Below, piece by piece: positions 10,295 through 20,969 of a stretch of DNA of 64,000 nucleotides; within the stretch, counting starts at the first letter, position 1, and each line of letters begins with the position of its first letter. Source of the stretch: Nitrospirales bacterium. GTDB lineage: Bacteria; Nitrospirota; Nitrospiria; Nitrospirales; UBA8639. The notes under the pieces were generated by a model. The model was not told where the DNA came from. It made no database searches and saw nothing but the letters and a program-made list of their open reading frames with translations. The stretch covers positions 512,001 to 576,000 of the forward strand of contig OY729426.1 of NCBI GenBank assembly GCA_963422365.1, written 5' to 3'. Both the position numbers and the translations under genes were made by a program.

Positions 10295-10937
10295 TAGAAA
10301 CAGAGCGACAGCAACACCAAGTAAAGAGAAAAGAAGACATTGCGTCCTATCTCTTTTTTTGGGGGGGGGTAAGGTAAGGCATTCTGGAGCCTAGGCGTGC
10401 CCGGTTCCGCGAGTCCTGCCCTCACGGATTCCTTTCCGACACTCTCAGGTTTTCTCTGGGTGACCAGCGTTAACACGTGTTGCCCCTCCTTCGTTTATCT
10501 CGAAGCAACAAGCATGGCAGACAGTCATGTGGTTTTCCACAACTCTTTCCTGTTTGCAAGCGACGGGTGCGTTGCCCCATACCTTGGCGGCCGCGTGCCG
10601 TGGCATCTCTGCTCGCCCGCCGGCACGTCTTCCCACACCCCCCGTTGCTTGTCAGATTGACGGACAGGGGAACAACGCCTGCAGGGGGAGCCATGGAAAC
10701 AGGCGGCGTGGAGATTTATTGCTCCAAATCCAGGCATTTTTCGGCCACCGGTTTGATTGTGTGCTGACCGTGTGCGACCAAGCCCCAAAACGCTGCCCGA
10801 CTTTCCCAGCCTCTTCCCACTCCCTGTATTGGGGTGTTCCTGATTCTGCCAACGATCAAGGACCCCATGAAGAACAAAACGCCCTCTTCTGCCATGTCCG
10901 TGATCACATTCGGAAGCGGGGCGAAGCCTTTGTTCAT

Positions 10938-11092
10938 GTAGGGCTCGTTTCGGCTGTCGGCTTACGCCTCCCCCCTCGTCCGCAGGCTCCCCCTACGACC
11001 GACCATGCTGGTCATGCCCGCTTGTTTTTAGTGGGAATCCACAACCGCGTGCGCCTGTCGATTCTCTGGATTCCCGCCTGCGCGGGCATGAC
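10938..11092. repeat. GTAG-type REP-like hairpin plus an inverted pair of ATTCCC/GGGAAT palindromic elements
   Basis: GTAGGGC...CCCCCTAC at 10938-10996; GTCATGCCCGC...GGGAATCCA and CTGGATTCCCGCCTGCGCGGGCATGAC at 11011-11092, same family as 1001-1214. Confidence 0.65.
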
Positions 11093-11190
11093 CACGTTAC
11101 GTTCCCTCACCCGAACGGGTTGATTCGTCTCATCGTCTTTTCTCCTTCCCCCCGCTCTGTTAAAATTTCGCTTTGTCCGAGGACCCACCG

Positions 11191-11460
11191 ATGGACTGTC
11201 TTTTCTTGCGACACGGGATCGCCGTTGAATGGACCGATTGGCACGATGATGATCAATCACGTCCCCTGACCAATGCAGGCATTCACAAAACACGAAAGGC
11301 CACCGGCACCCTGCTGTTCGGCCAGCCCGTGCGGGGTCTGTCGTTCAACACAGCAGGCGCGTGCTGTATCCGGTTTGAGGGAAAGCCTCAAGGCAGGAGC
11401 GGGACGATCCAATGGATAATGGAAAAGTGGCTTCGATCCATCCGCAAGACGCACCGTCTA
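11191..11460 (+). pseudogene. sixA: SixA-like phosphohistidine phosphatase with internal deletion
   Basis: MDCLFLRHGIA...D..RPLT..G (RHG motif) joined directly to the C-terminal AG.CCI.F......GTIQW segment; the central part is missing and the frame runs into the opposing gene. Confidence 0.6.
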
Positions 11461-12243
11461 AAAGTGCAGGACCGACACCAATTGTTCGACCAGCTTGGGG
11501 GCTCCAAACAGTGCATCGATTTTGTTTTCCTCGCGAGACTGACGAGTGACGACCGTCCCACCGGCCTCTTCAACCAAGACCTGCGTGGCCACGGCATCCC
11601 AGGGACTGAGTGCCGGATCGATCATGGCCCCGACTGAGCCGCTGATGACCAGCGTATGGCCGAAACAATCGGGGTAGCCTCGAAGATACCGGCACGCCCC
11701 AGCGAGTCGTTGAAACGTCTCTTCGCAGCCGGCACTGATAAACTGTGCGAGATCTCCCGTTGCAATGATACTGGTCTCTAATGCTGCTTCCTGAGAAACC
11801 GAAACCGCTGTTCCGTTACAGAAACACCCCAATCCTCGAGCGGCGCTATAGGTCAGATTCAGCACGGGCAAATGGATCACCCCAATGAGCGCCTTGCCTG
11901 CCTCTCGATCCTCTAACGCCACAATCGTTCCAAACAAAGGGATCCGATTCACGAATGATCGCGTGCCGTCGATGGGATCGATCAACCATCGATAGCGAGT
12001 CGTGTTTCCTTGCGGTCCAAACTCTTCTCCCAAGACATCAAATGCCGCTGCGACCGGATCACCCTGCAACATGGTCCGAACCGTGGTTTCGGCCTCGCGG
12101 TCCGCAATGCTCACCGGAGAGCCGTCACCCTTCCGTTCGACGCAGAGCGCACGATCCGTAAAATAGTTGAGAAGAATCCCGCTGGGAGTTCGGGCCGCGC
12201 GGATCGAAAGAGCCAGAAGGCGTTCTAGGCTCGTGGCCTCCAT
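11458..12243 (-). CDS. Inositol monophosphatase family protein (HisN-like histidinol-phosphatase)
   Basis: K.DGSPVSIADREAE, LGEE, WLIDPIDGTRSF and WD.VA...LVEEAGG motifs. Confidence 0.9.
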   Translation of the reverse strand: MEATSLERLLALSIRAARTPSGILLNYFTDRALCVERKGDGSPVSIADREAETTVRTMLQGDPVAAAFDVLGEEFGPQGNTTRYRWLIDPIDGTRSFVNRIPLFGTIVALEDREAGKALIGVIHLPVLNLTYSAARGLGCFCNGTAVSVSQEAALETSIIATGDLAQFISAGCEETFQRLAGACRYLRGYPDCFGHTLVISGSVGAMIDPALSPWDAVATQVLVEEAGGTVVTRQSREENKIDALFGAPKLVEQLVSVLHF

Positions 12244-12503
12244 GAGACATTCACTTTCCTCAGAGGCGTTCCCCCCCTGACACGTGACAGGTTCATACTA
12301 GGACGGCGACAACATCACACTCCGCTACCACATCGTCCTGAGAAAACAGGCCTCAATCCTGTCCTTCCACACTTGCGTTGTCGCTGGCTCCCGAATCCAA
12401 CGACGTCTGGGGACATCACCGGATTCGCTTCCCTCGGCGAACGTTTCACGACACCCGGCTCGGAACACTGCCTGGTCAACGCGACGCGCGCGCGGAGGAA
12501 CGC

Positions 12504-13172
12504 TCAGACCCCTTGCGGTGGAAGGGTATGGCGGATGATTGTTCCTTCAACCATATACACCACCAGTTCCGCGATATTCGTCGCATGATCGGCAATCCGT
12601 TCAATGTACTTTGAAATAAAGGAGAGCCGAATGGCTCGGCTGATCGTCTGAGGATTTTCGAGCATGAAGGACAACAGTTCTCGAAATAACTGTTCCGTCA
12701 AATTATCGATACCATCATCATCCTGAATGACTTTTCTGGCCAGCGCCGAATCCGTTCCGACAAACGCGTCCAACGATTCCTTCACCATGATACGGGCATG
12801 CTCGGCCATATGAGGAATGTCGATATAGGGCTTTAACTGCGGTTCTTCGTTCAGTTCGACCACTCGCTCGCAGATATTTTCGGCTAAATCGCTCATCCGC
12901 TCTAATTCAGATGAAATCTTCATGGCCGTCGTCACAAAGCGTAAATCTTTGGCGGCTGGCTGATATCGGGCTAAACATTCGAGAGCCATTTCATCAATTT
13001 CCACGTCGAACGTATTCACCCTTCGATCGTTTTCGATGACCTGACGCGCCAAGACCTCATTCCGTTCAACCAGAGCGTTCAGGGCATTTCTGAGCTGGTC
13101 TTCGACCAGGGATCCCATCTCGAGCACTTTGCTTTTGATTTTGCCGAACTCTTCTTCGAAGTGACGTTCCAC
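12504..13172 (-). CDS. phoU: Phosphate signalling complex protein PhoU
   Basis: QPAAKDLR, ELERMSDLAENI and IERIADHATNIAE motifs; follows pstB. Confidence 0.97.
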   Translation of the reverse strand: MERHFEEEFGKIKSKVLEMGSLVEDQLRNALNALVERNEVLARQVIENDRRVNTFDVEIDEMALECLARYQPAAKDLRFVTTAMKISSELERMSDLAENICERVVELNEEPQLKPYIDIPHMAEHARIMVKESLDAFVGTDSALARKVIQDDDGIDNLTEQLFRELLSFMLENPQTISRAIRLSFISKYIERIADHATNIAELVVYMVEGTIIRHTLPPQGV

Positions 13173-13204
13173 GTGTCCTCATTTCCTCTTCAAACCCAGT
13201 CCCA

Positions 13205-14098
13205 TCATCCAAACCGTCCGGTCACGTAATCTTCGGTTCGACTGTCCGATGGATTGGTAAAGATGACTTTGGTCGCAGCGTATTCAATGAGTTCTCCCAT
13301 GAGAAAGAACCCCGTCAGATCGGAGATACGTGCGGCCTGCTGCATATTATGCGTCACGATCACCACGGTAAGCTGTTCTTTCAAGGCATGCAACAACTCT
13401 TCAATCTTGGCGGTTGAAATGGGATCAAGCGCCGAACAGGGCTCATCCATGAGTAAGACTTCAGGGTTGACGGCCAACGCACGAGCAATACATAACCGTT
13501 GTTGCTGTCCCCCGGAAAGGCTCAGCGCACTGTGATGCAAGCGATCTTTGACTTCTTCCCAGAGTCCCGCGCCCTGAAGACTCTTTTCGACAAGCGCATC
13601 GAGCCAAGAACGGCGCCGCATGCCCTGTAACCTCGGCCCATACGCCACGTTTTGGTAAATCGACTTGGGAAACGGATTCACTTTCTGGAAGACCATCCCG
13701 ACCCGGGTTCGGAGATCAGTGACATCCACGGAAGGATCGTACATATCCTGGCCATCAAGACGAATCTTTCCGATGAGGCGTGCCCCTTCAACTAAGTCGT
13801 TTAACCGATTCAAGCACCGCAATAACGTCGATTTCCCACAACCGGACGGACCGATCAAGGCCGTGACTTGATGTCTTGGGACGGCAAGGTCGATTTTGAA
13901 GAGGGCTTGCCTCTCACCATAAAAGAAGCTGGCAGCCTCGACCGTGATTTTGGGATCGGGTTCCTTGTCTTGAGAAGATGCAGAAGACGCCATGGGTGTT
14001 TCCGTCGTTTGCCTGTGGTGGTTAGCCGTTTGAGAAGGTTGGGTCAACGCGTCAATGAGGGAACTCATCAGGATGACCTTCTTGAGCGCGTCACGCAC
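13205..14098 (-). CDS. pstB: Phosphate ABC transporter ATP-binding protein (start may be 14068 or 13993)
   Basis: [50 protein letters not shown]. Confidence 0.97.
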   Translation of the reverse strand: MRDALKKVILMSSLIDALTQPSQTANHHRQTTETPMASSASSQDKEPDPKITVEAASFFYGERQALFKIDLAVPRHQVTALIGPSGCGKSTLLRCLNRLNDLVEGARLIGKIRLDGQDMYDPSVDVTDLRTRVGMVFQKVNPFPKSIYQNVAYGPRLQGMRRRSWLDALVEKSLQGAGLWEEVKDRLHHSALSLSGGQQQRLCIARALAVNPEVLLMDEPCSALDPISTAKIEELLHALKEQLTVVIVTHNMQQAARISDLTGFFLMGELIEYAATKVIFTNPSDSRTEDYVTGRFG

Positions 14099-14103
14099 TC
14101 AGA

Positions 14104-15738
14104 TTACACCGACGACGATCTGAACTTTTTCCGCATAGCATGGCGGATGGCCACGGCGCTGAGATTTAACAGAATGACCACCATGACCAGGATCAAGGCC
14201 GTGACGTACACCATCGGCTTCGCCGCCTCCACGTTCGGGGATTGAAACCCCACGTCGAAGATATGAAAGCCTAAATGCATAAACTTGCGTTCAACGTGCA
14301 GAAATGGAAAATGGTGATCTAAGGGAAGCGCCGGAGCCAATTTGACCACCCCGGTCAACATCAAGGGGGCCACTTCGCCCGTCGCGCGCGCCACCGCTAA
14401 GATTAACCCCGTCAAAATGCCCGGCAAAGCGCAGGGAAGGATCACGCGAATCATACTTTCAAGCTTGGTGGCCCCTAACGCTAAGGAACCTTCACGGTAT
14501 TCTCGAGGAACGGCTGAAAGCCCTTCTTCCGTCGACACGATCACCACCGGAACCGTCAAGAGGGCTAAGGTGAATGACGCCCACAGAATACCGCCCGTTC
14601 CAAACGTCGGGGTCGGTAAGGCTTCGGGATAGAACAGGGTATCAATGGTCCCGCCGACCGCGTAGACAAAGAACCCCAGCCCAAAGACGCCGAACACAAT
14701 CGACGGCACGCCGGCCAAATTATTCACGGCAATGCGGATCATCCGAACGATCACTCCCTGTCGCGCATATTCCCGCAAGTAGAAGGCGGCCAAGACACCA
14801 AAGGGCACGACGGCCACGCTCATGATCAACACCATCATGACGGTGCCGAAGATTGCCGGGAAAATGCCTCCTTCGGTGTTGGCTTCCCGCGGTTCTTGAC
14901 TCAGCACGGACCAAAAATTGGTGAAGTACGTGAGAATTTTTTCAAAGGCGTCCATGGTATTGGGACGAAGGGCGTTCACGATGTGTCCAACGGCAAGGTG
15001 TTGCTCCCGGCCATTTGTCTCGACGAGGACCACGGAGGACTCGTTGAGTTGCTCGCTCAATTTCCGAAGGGTCTCGACATGTTTTTGGTATTGGGTTTCT
15101 AATTGCTTCGTGGAAGCTTGAAGGGCAACAACCTCAGAAGCCTGGGGTTGATCCTGTAATGCCAACTCCCGGATTCTCAACCGAATTTCTTCGATTTCAT
15201 AATTCACGTCGCCGATGACGTCTTTTTGAAGACGTTCAATCTCGTCATGTAACTCATTGGCATGCTCAATCAGCGGCTGTAACGCCTTCCACCCTTCAAG
15301 ATTGCCCGAGGCCACGACTTGTCCGTCCCGCGTGACCTCACGAATCCGGCCATAAAAGTTCCCCCATTCTCTGCGTTCAACGGCGATCACGTCTTGCGGC
15401 GTTTCCACCGACGCGATTTGATCGGTCTCCACCCACCTGAAGTCCAAGCCATACAGATCACGATTTCCGATTTTCAGCCTGACCCGGGTTTTCCCTTCGG
15501 GGAATGCCGGCGTCTCCGAATAGGGGATGACTTCTTCCTCTTTGAGTTCTCCCAGCACGTGCGTGCCGTCCTTGAGTGTCATTTCCACAAGAGCGTGGGG
15601 CCAGAAAAACCCGAGGCCATTGATCATGATCAGGAGAAGGAGGCCACCCACCATGAGGAGCAAGGCGGCTACGGCCGTACCGCAACACCACACGAACAGC
15701 GTCCCTGAATCGAGTATTTTTTTCATCTTGCCAGGCAT
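14104..15738 (-). CDS. pstA: Phosphate ABC transporter permease PstA (long form with periplasmic coiled coil)
   Basis: EPREANTEGGIFPAIFGT, NLAGVPSIVFG, ARATGEVAPL. Confidence 0.95.
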   Translation of the reverse strand: MPGKMKKILDSGTLFVWCCGTAVAALLLMVGGLLLLIMINGLGFFWPHALVEMTLKDGTHVLGELKEEEVIPYSETPAFPEGKTRVRLKIGNRDLYGLDFRWVETDQIASVETPQDVIAVERREWGNFYGRIREVTRDGQVVASGNLEGWKALQPLIEHANELHDEIERLQKDVIGDVNYEIEEIRLRIRELALQDQPQASEVVALQASTKQLETQYQKHVETLRKLSEQLNESSVVLVETNGREQHLAVGHIVNALRPNTMDAFEKILTYFTNFWSVLSQEPREANTEGGIFPAIFGTVMMVLIMSVAVVPFGVLAAFYLREYARQGVIVRMIRIAVNNLAGVPSIVFGVFGLGFFVYAVGGTIDTLFYPEALPTPTFGTGGILWASFTLALLTVPVVIVSTEEGLSAVPREYREGSLALGATKLESMIRVILPCALPGILTGLILAVARATGEVAPLMLTGVVKLAPALPLDHHFPFLHVERKFMHLGFHIFDVGFQSPNVEAAKPMVYVTALILVMVVILLNLSAVAIRHAMRKKFRSSSV

Positions 15739-15748
15739 AGAACCCGTT

Positions 15749-18049
15749 TCAAAATTGGCTGTATCGTGCCCGAAGCCGCTGCCGAACAATTTCTGCAAGG
15801 GTGTTGACGATGGACGTAAACACAAACAACAGCAGGCCGGCCAAGAATAACAAGCGATACAGCGTGCCTCCATGCGGGGCTTCAGGCATTTCCACGGCAA
15901 TATTCGCTGATAAGGTTCGGAATCCATTGAAGAGGTTCATATCCAAGACTGGGGTGTTTCCCGTGGCCATCAGGACAATCATGGTTTCTCCGACCACCCG
16001 TCCTAACCCAATCATGAGAGCGGAGAACAACCCGGGACTCGCCGAGACAATGACCAATTTCGTCAAGGTCTGCCACGGAGTCGCACCGAGGGCCAATGAT
16101 CCGGCAATCAGATGGGGCGGCACGTTGCTCAGCGAATCCTCGCTGATGCTGAAAATGGTGGGGATGACGGCGATGCCCATGGCAAAGGCAATGACCAACG
16201 CGTTGCGCTGGTCATACGCCAAGCCAAACGTTGATTGCAGCCAGTGTTTATAGTCCCCATCAAAGAGCCAGAACTCAAATTGGTGGTTGAACTGAAGACA
16301 GAACCACACCGTTCCGCCGAGGATGAGAAACAATGCCGCCAATTCCGTGACATTCCCTGATTGACCTTTCAGTCCAGCGGGAAGAAAGTGCCATCCGATG
16401 CAGCCCACCACAACAACCAGCGGCAACACAATCACCATGACCACCATGGCCGGAAAGATTGTCTCCAGCAACGGCGCGAACCACAATCCGGCCAGGAATC
16501 CCAGGACCACCGTGGGGAGGGCCGCCATGGTCTCCACAACCGGTTTGACCACGGCGCGTACACTCGGATTCATGAACATCGAGGTATAGATCGCTCCCAG
16601 CACGGCGAGGGGCGTCGCCAGCAACATCGCATACATCGTCCCTTTCAGCGTGCCGAACATGAGCGGCCATATGCTAAATTTCGGCTCGAACGCATCGGAC
16701 CCACCGGTTGATTGCCAAATATGGAGGGGCTCTTCATAGCCTTCATAGAGCACGGGCAAGAACAGCGACGAGAACGTGGATTCGGGATGTTCATTTTCAA
16801 CGTCATAGGCGATCAGCTGTCCCGAGTCATTGAGCACCAAGGCGCCATCGGTCTTCGGTGCAAACATCGCCGCCAAAATGGGGTGTCCGTTCCCCGGGAA
16901 CTTGATGAGCGTCTGCTCGGAGGTCGAATGATGCACCGCCACCCCTCCGGAGGCATCGGCCGTGAGAAATCCTTTATCTCGAAGCGAGGGTGAAATCGCT
17001 GTCACGGCCCCGTCATGCGGAGCAAGGTCCCGAATTTTTTCAAGACGCGGATCACCCCCCACATCAGGGTCGAGCACGGACATCCAGACGGCAATCTTTC
17101 CGCTTGCCGTGCCGACCACGATGGACCGATCGCCAATGAGATAGGAAAGGGCGGTGATGGAGGTCCCGGCCGAGTAACTCCCCATCAGTCTCGGGCTTTG
17201 GATATCCCGAATATCCCAATACATCAATCTGCCGTCTTTTGTGCCCCCTAACAGGGTTTCTCCCAACTCATCCAGAAGCAGCACAGAGATCGTCTCCACA
17301 CCTTCCTCGGAGATCTCAGTCTGAAACAGTTCCAATTCCGTGTCGAGCGCAAACAGCCCCTCCGACTCTGATTCTTGAATCTTTGTGAGAAACAATCGCC
17401 CTGACTCGGTCAAGGCAGCGGCTATCGTTCCACTATCCGTCTTGCGGTAGGCAACTCGCGCAATGGGCTCAGCGGTTGGGACTGCCTCAAGCGGCTCGCC
17501 CGAGGTCACAACCGGTTCAATTGTTCGTACGTCATCTTCGAATGTGACTCGAAAAGTGACGTACAAGGGAATGACTCGCCCGGTTACTGTCCCGAGTCCA
17601 TAAATATGGTCTTTCCCCGGAGAGCGGGCTAACGCGGTAACGTTCCCGTTTTCAAACGTCGGCACAGACTTGAGACTCATCGGGGTCCCGGCAGGAAACG
17701 CATAGAACGAAATGTCCCTCTTTCGGAGCACATACCCCACTTCCCTGTATTCATCGATCCCCACACCGACATTCCCCGGCTTCAGACCGGCTTCATCGAA
17801 TGTGTCGATGTGCACGGAAGTCGCTTGAGTCCAAGAAGCGGTATAAAACAAGGGGACGACTTCGATAAACAGATAGGCAAAAATTCCAAAGATGCTGAGA
17901 ATGGTCGCCCATCCTCCAAGGGTAATCACACCCGCTGCGCCCCGATCGGCCCAACGCCGCCACGTCCTTGAAGTCACCTTTGAGAAAAACGATGGCGAGG
18001 GAGGAGTTGCCATCTCAACCTGATCCGCTCTTGGGTCAGCCTGATTCAT
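15749..18049 (-). CDS. pstC: Phosphate ABC transporter permease PstC (long form with WD40-like periplasmic domain)
   Basis: WQSTGGSDAFEPKFS, GTLKG, GR..GETMIVLMATGNTP, RTLSANIAVEMPEA. Confidence 0.95.
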   Translation of the reverse strand: MNQADPRADQVEMATPPSPSFFSKVTSRTWRRWADRGAAGVITLGGWATILSIFGIFAYLFIEVVPLFYTASWTQATSVHIDTFDEAGLKPGNVGVGIDEYREVGYVLRKRDISFYAFPAGTPMSLKSVPTFENGNVTALARSPGKDHIYGLGTVTGRVIPLYVTFRVTFEDDVRTIEPVVTSGEPLEAVPTAEPIARVAYRKTDSGTIAAALTESGRLFLTKIQESESEGLFALDTELELFQTEISEEGVETISVLLLDELGETLLGGTKDGRLMYWDIRDIQSPRLMGSYSAGTSITALSYLIGDRSIVVGTASGKIAVWMSVLDPDVGGDPRLEKIRDLAPHDGAVTAISPSLRDKGFLTADASGGVAVHHSTSEQTLIKFPGNGHPILAAMFAPKTDGALVLNDSGQLIAYDVENEHPESTFSSLFLPVLYEGYEEPLHIWQSTGGSDAFEPKFSIWPLMFGTLKGTMYAMLLATPLAVLGAIYTSMFMNPSVRAVVKPVVETMAALPTVVLGFLAGLWFAPLLETIFPAMVVMVIVLPLVVVVGCIGWHFLPAGLKGQSGNVTELAALFLILGGTVWFCLQFNHQFEFWLFDGDYKHWLQSTFGLAYDQRNALVIAFAMGIAVIPTIFSISEDSLSNVPPHLIAGSLALGATPWQTLTKLVIVSASPGLFSALMIGLGRVVGETMIVLMATGNTPVLDMNLFNGFRTLSANIAVEMPEAPHGGTLYRLLFLAGLLLFVFTSIVNTLAEIVRQRLRARYSQF

Positions 18050-18186
18050 GAGATGTGGAGAGTTGTTGGCAGGTACATAACAAAGCCACATCCTGCAAAG
18101 CCTTGACTTTCGGGCATGGCTTTGTCACAAATTTCCCGCGCCACGGTAGTACGCTTTGGCTTTCTCGTCAAGCACAAGACGACCAA

Positions 18187-19221
18187 CTATTGCATGTCAC
18201 CCAATTTCTTACTGATTAAGCTTTGCGGCAATGGGAAATAGCCGTCCTTGATCACGATATGCTGGCCCGCTTTGCTATAGACATATTTAAAGAACTCTCC
18301 GACTAAAGGCGGTAACGGTTTTCCCGGCGCTTTATTCACATACAGGTAGAGAAAACGAGCTAACGGATACTTGCCGGCGGAGGCATTGGCAAACGTCGGC
18401 TCATAACATGCTTCGCCGCTTTTGGCCGACAACGGAATCGCTCGGACCCCTGAGGTTCGATAACCAATACCACTGTACCCAAGACCACCCCGATCTTCAG
18501 CCACGCCCTGCACCACGGACGCCGACCCCGGTTGTTCCTTAACCTCATCTCTATAATCACCTTTTTTCAACACCGCTTTCTTAAAAAACCCATAGGTCCC
18601 CGAGGCTGAATTTCGACCGTACAGACTCACTCTTGTGCTTTGCCAGTTCCCATCAAGGCCCGCCTTCCCCCACGTGTCAATCTCCACAGAATGCCTGCGC
18701 CTCCGGGTTTTTGAAAAGGCAGCATCCACTTCTTCCATACTCAGACACTTGATTGGATTGTCTTTATTGACATACACGGCCAGCGCATCAACGGCAACAG
18801 GAACACTGGTGGGTTTATAGCCGAATTTCGCCTCAAACTTGTCCATCTCTTTCGCTTTCATTTGCCTCGACATCGGGGCGACTTCCGCTGTCCCTTCAAT
18901 TAAGGCCGGAGGAGCCGTGCTGGATCCTTTCCCTTCAATTTGAATCTTCACATTGGGATATTCTTTTCTGAACCCTTCCGCCCACAGAGTCATAAGATTG
19001 TTGAGGGTATCGGATCCGATGCTATTCAGATTCCCGGAGACCCCACTAACCCGACTATAGGCTTTCCAATCTGGATCCACCATCACGTCGGATGCCGCCC
19101 AACTCTGGACTGCACTGCCCATGCCGACTGCCAGGAGAACGAAACCGAGGGATCCAGCCCTCTTCCCGAAAAATCCGGTTGATCGATTTGTGGCACTTGC
19201 CAATACGAACCGTCTCATCAT
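18187..19221 (-). CDS. pstS: Phosphate ABC transporter substrate-binding protein PstS
   Basis: GSDTLNNLM, GKGSSTAPPAL, GRNSASGTY, YPLARFLY; signal peptide. Confidence 0.96.
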   Translation of the reverse strand: MMRRFVLASATNRSTGFFGKRAGSLGFVLLAVGMGSAVQSWAASDVMVDPDWKAYSRVSGVSGNLNSIGSDTLNNLMTLWAEGFRKEYPNVKIQIEGKGSSTAPPALIEGTAEVAPMSRQMKAKEMDKFEAKFGYKPTSVPVAVDALAVYVNKDNPIKCLSMEEVDAAFSKTRRRRHSVEIDTWGKAGLDGNWQSTRVSLYGRNSASGTYGFFKKAVLKKGDYRDEVKEQPGSASVVQGVAEDRGGLGYSGIGYRTSGVRAIPLSAKSGEACYEPTFANASAGKYPLARFLYLYVNKAPGKPLPPLVGEFFKYVYSKAGQHIVIKDGYFPLPQSLISKKLGDMQ

Positions 19222-19289
19222 GTGTGAACCTTCCTTCTGCAACATTCGTTCAATCATATGACCCTTTCTGATAGTGGCTTCACTCTAAG

Positions 19290-19340
19290 CGTTGTATATT
19301 ACTCCGGTGTAAAAAACAGGTTACGAAATTGTTACGACAC
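19290..19340 (-). promoter_or_regulatory. Candidate PHO-box array and -10 element of pstS
   Basis: On the minus strand GTAAC, GTAAC, TTTAC at exact 11-bp spacing, followed by TAATAT. Confidence 0.55.
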
Positions 19341-19545
19341 AAGAGGATTTCCTCATTTTTGGGGTCAGATTCTTGTTCTCTGGCATTGCCGGCGTGCCAA
19401 AGGGGCCAAACCAATTCCCCTCAGAATCGACATGCGCACTATACGAGGAGCGTATTGCAGTCACGTATCAGGACGGTGACACGTCAGTTAATTTTGCTTT
19501 GGAATTTTCTGAAATCGGCTCCTGGCGGCAGAGTGCGGGAAGCCA

Positions 19546-20955
19546 CTAAGGAGTAGAAACGTCGGAGTTAGGAGTAGGTTGGAGTTGCACGGCCGGAAGC
19601 AGAAATTCAATAGTCGTGCCTTTGCCGTATTGACTCTCAACGTGAAGCGTCCCGCCATGCAATTGCACTAAATGTTTCACGATGGCGAGACCAAGGCCGG
19701 TGCCGCCTTCCGTACGGGAACGCGCTTTATCGACTCTGTAAAATCGTTCCGTCACGCGAGGCAAATCGTTTTGCGGAATACCTTGTCCCGTATCCCGGAT
19801 CGTGATGCGGATTTGATCGGTGTTTGTTTTCGCTGCCCCAAAATTCACCGTTCCCCCTTTCGACGTATACTTCACCGCATTGTCAACCACATTCACAAAA
19901 ATCTGAGAGAGCCGATCACGATCGGCCTGCACACACAAATCGGGAGGAACCTGGTTGACAAGCCGCACTTCTTTTTTCGCAGCATCCTTCTCAAACATCG
20001 CCGAGACTTCGTGCACGAAGGCGCCAAGACTCACGGGAGTGGGATTCAGAACCACTTTTCCCGTCTCGATATCGGAAAGATTCAGAAGGTCATTAATTAA
20101 GCGCCCCATCCGTTCCGCGTGGCTCTTCGCGACCTCCAGAAATCGTCGGTGCGTGGTCGATTTCAGCGGGGCTTCATCGAGCACGGTTTCCACGTATCCC
20201 TTGATGGCGGTCAGCGGCGTACGTAACTCATGTGAGACGTTTGCGACAAATTCAGCGCGGACTTTTTCCAACCGCCGGAGCTCGGTGATGTCATGCAAGA
20301 CGAGTAAGATACCCTGGCGCTGTGACGAAAAAGGCACGGACCGGGCATTGACCTCGATAATTCTCAGAGCAGGTAAATGACGCTCAATTTCCCGCTTGCA
20401 CTGCTCCGTGGCATCGAGTGCTTGACACGTCTCGACCCAATCAGCCAATCCTCGATCCCTGACAATTTCCAATAAGGTGCGGCCTTGTCCATCCTCCTGA
20501 TTAAAATCAAGAATCCTTCGCGCAGCGGGATTCATGAGCACCACATGCCCTTGCCCATCCAAAGCGATCACGCCTTCGGTCATACTGTCGAGGATAGCAG
20601 TGCCTTTGGCTCGTTCGGACTCCAATACTTGAACATGGGCTTGGGAGTGAGCCGTGATGTACGTCAACGCCTTTCTCAAGCCGCTCAAGTCATCTCCGTC
20701 TGGTTTCTTCTCCTGCTCCCTCCATCCTTGCAACAGCCGCTCGGCGCCGGTTTGAATTTCATAGACCGGCCTCAAAAGCCATCGACCGACACACAGGCCA
20801 AAAGGAAAAACCAACACGACCACGACCAGGACCCCAACCCATAATGCCCTGCCGGTCGCCCCAGAAGCGGCCAACAGCCACATCGCCGCCATGCCCACCA
20901 ATGTCATGACGCTCAAGAACAATCCGAAACGGGGAATCAACCGGCCCTTCAACAT
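19546..20955 (-). CDS. phoR: Sensor histidine kinase PhoR (TM, PAS, HisKA, HATPase)
   Basis: EFVANVSHELRTPLT, NAVKYT, DTGQGI, ERFYRVDKARSR..GGTGLGL. Confidence 0.93.
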   Translation of the reverse strand: MLKGRLIPRFGLFLSVMTLVGMAAMWLLAASGATGRALWVGVLVVVVLVFPFGLCVGRWLLRPVYEIQTGAERLLQGWREQEKKPDGDDLSGLRKALTYITAHSQAHVQVLESERAKGTAILDSMTEGVIALDGQGHVVLMNPAARRILDFNQEDGQGRTLLEIVRDRGLADWVETCQALDATEQCKREIERHLPALRIIEVNARSVPFSSQRQGILLVLHDITELRRLEKVRAEFVANVSHELRTPLTAIKGYVETVLDEAPLKSTTHRRFLEVAKSHAERMGRLINDLLNLSDIETGKVVLNPTPVSLGAFVHEVSAMFEKDAAKKEVRLVNQVPPDLCVQADRDRLSQIFVNVVDNAVKYTSKGGTVNFGAAKTNTDQIRITIRDTGQGIPQNDLPRVTERFYRVDKARSRTEGGTGLGLAIVKHLVQLHGGTLHVESQYGKGTTIEFLLPAVQLQPTPNSDVSTP

Positions 20956-20969
20956 CGGTGTGTCCTCAT

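Larger units (their letters stand above)
3268..10476 (-). pseudogene. Giant autotransporter adhesin (signal peptide, FN3 repeats, 11 Calx-beta-like repeats, cadherin-like, PKD-like, beta-barrel), broken into at least 8 ORFs
   Basis: AAGGAGG RBS + GTG at 10476; colinear domain order across ORFs 9470-10294, 7162-9624, 6850-7146, 6509-6877, 4231-6606, 3810-4412, 3152-4000 and 3268-3693; ends in beta-signal ...LTGAFRF; in-frame TGA at 7162-7164 replaces a conserved Trp. Confidence 0.85.

Noticed and set aside
10490..10930. Possible riboswitch upstream of the adhesin
   Set aside because: No recognisable aptamer consensus on the minus strand by eye; a covariance-model scan would be needed
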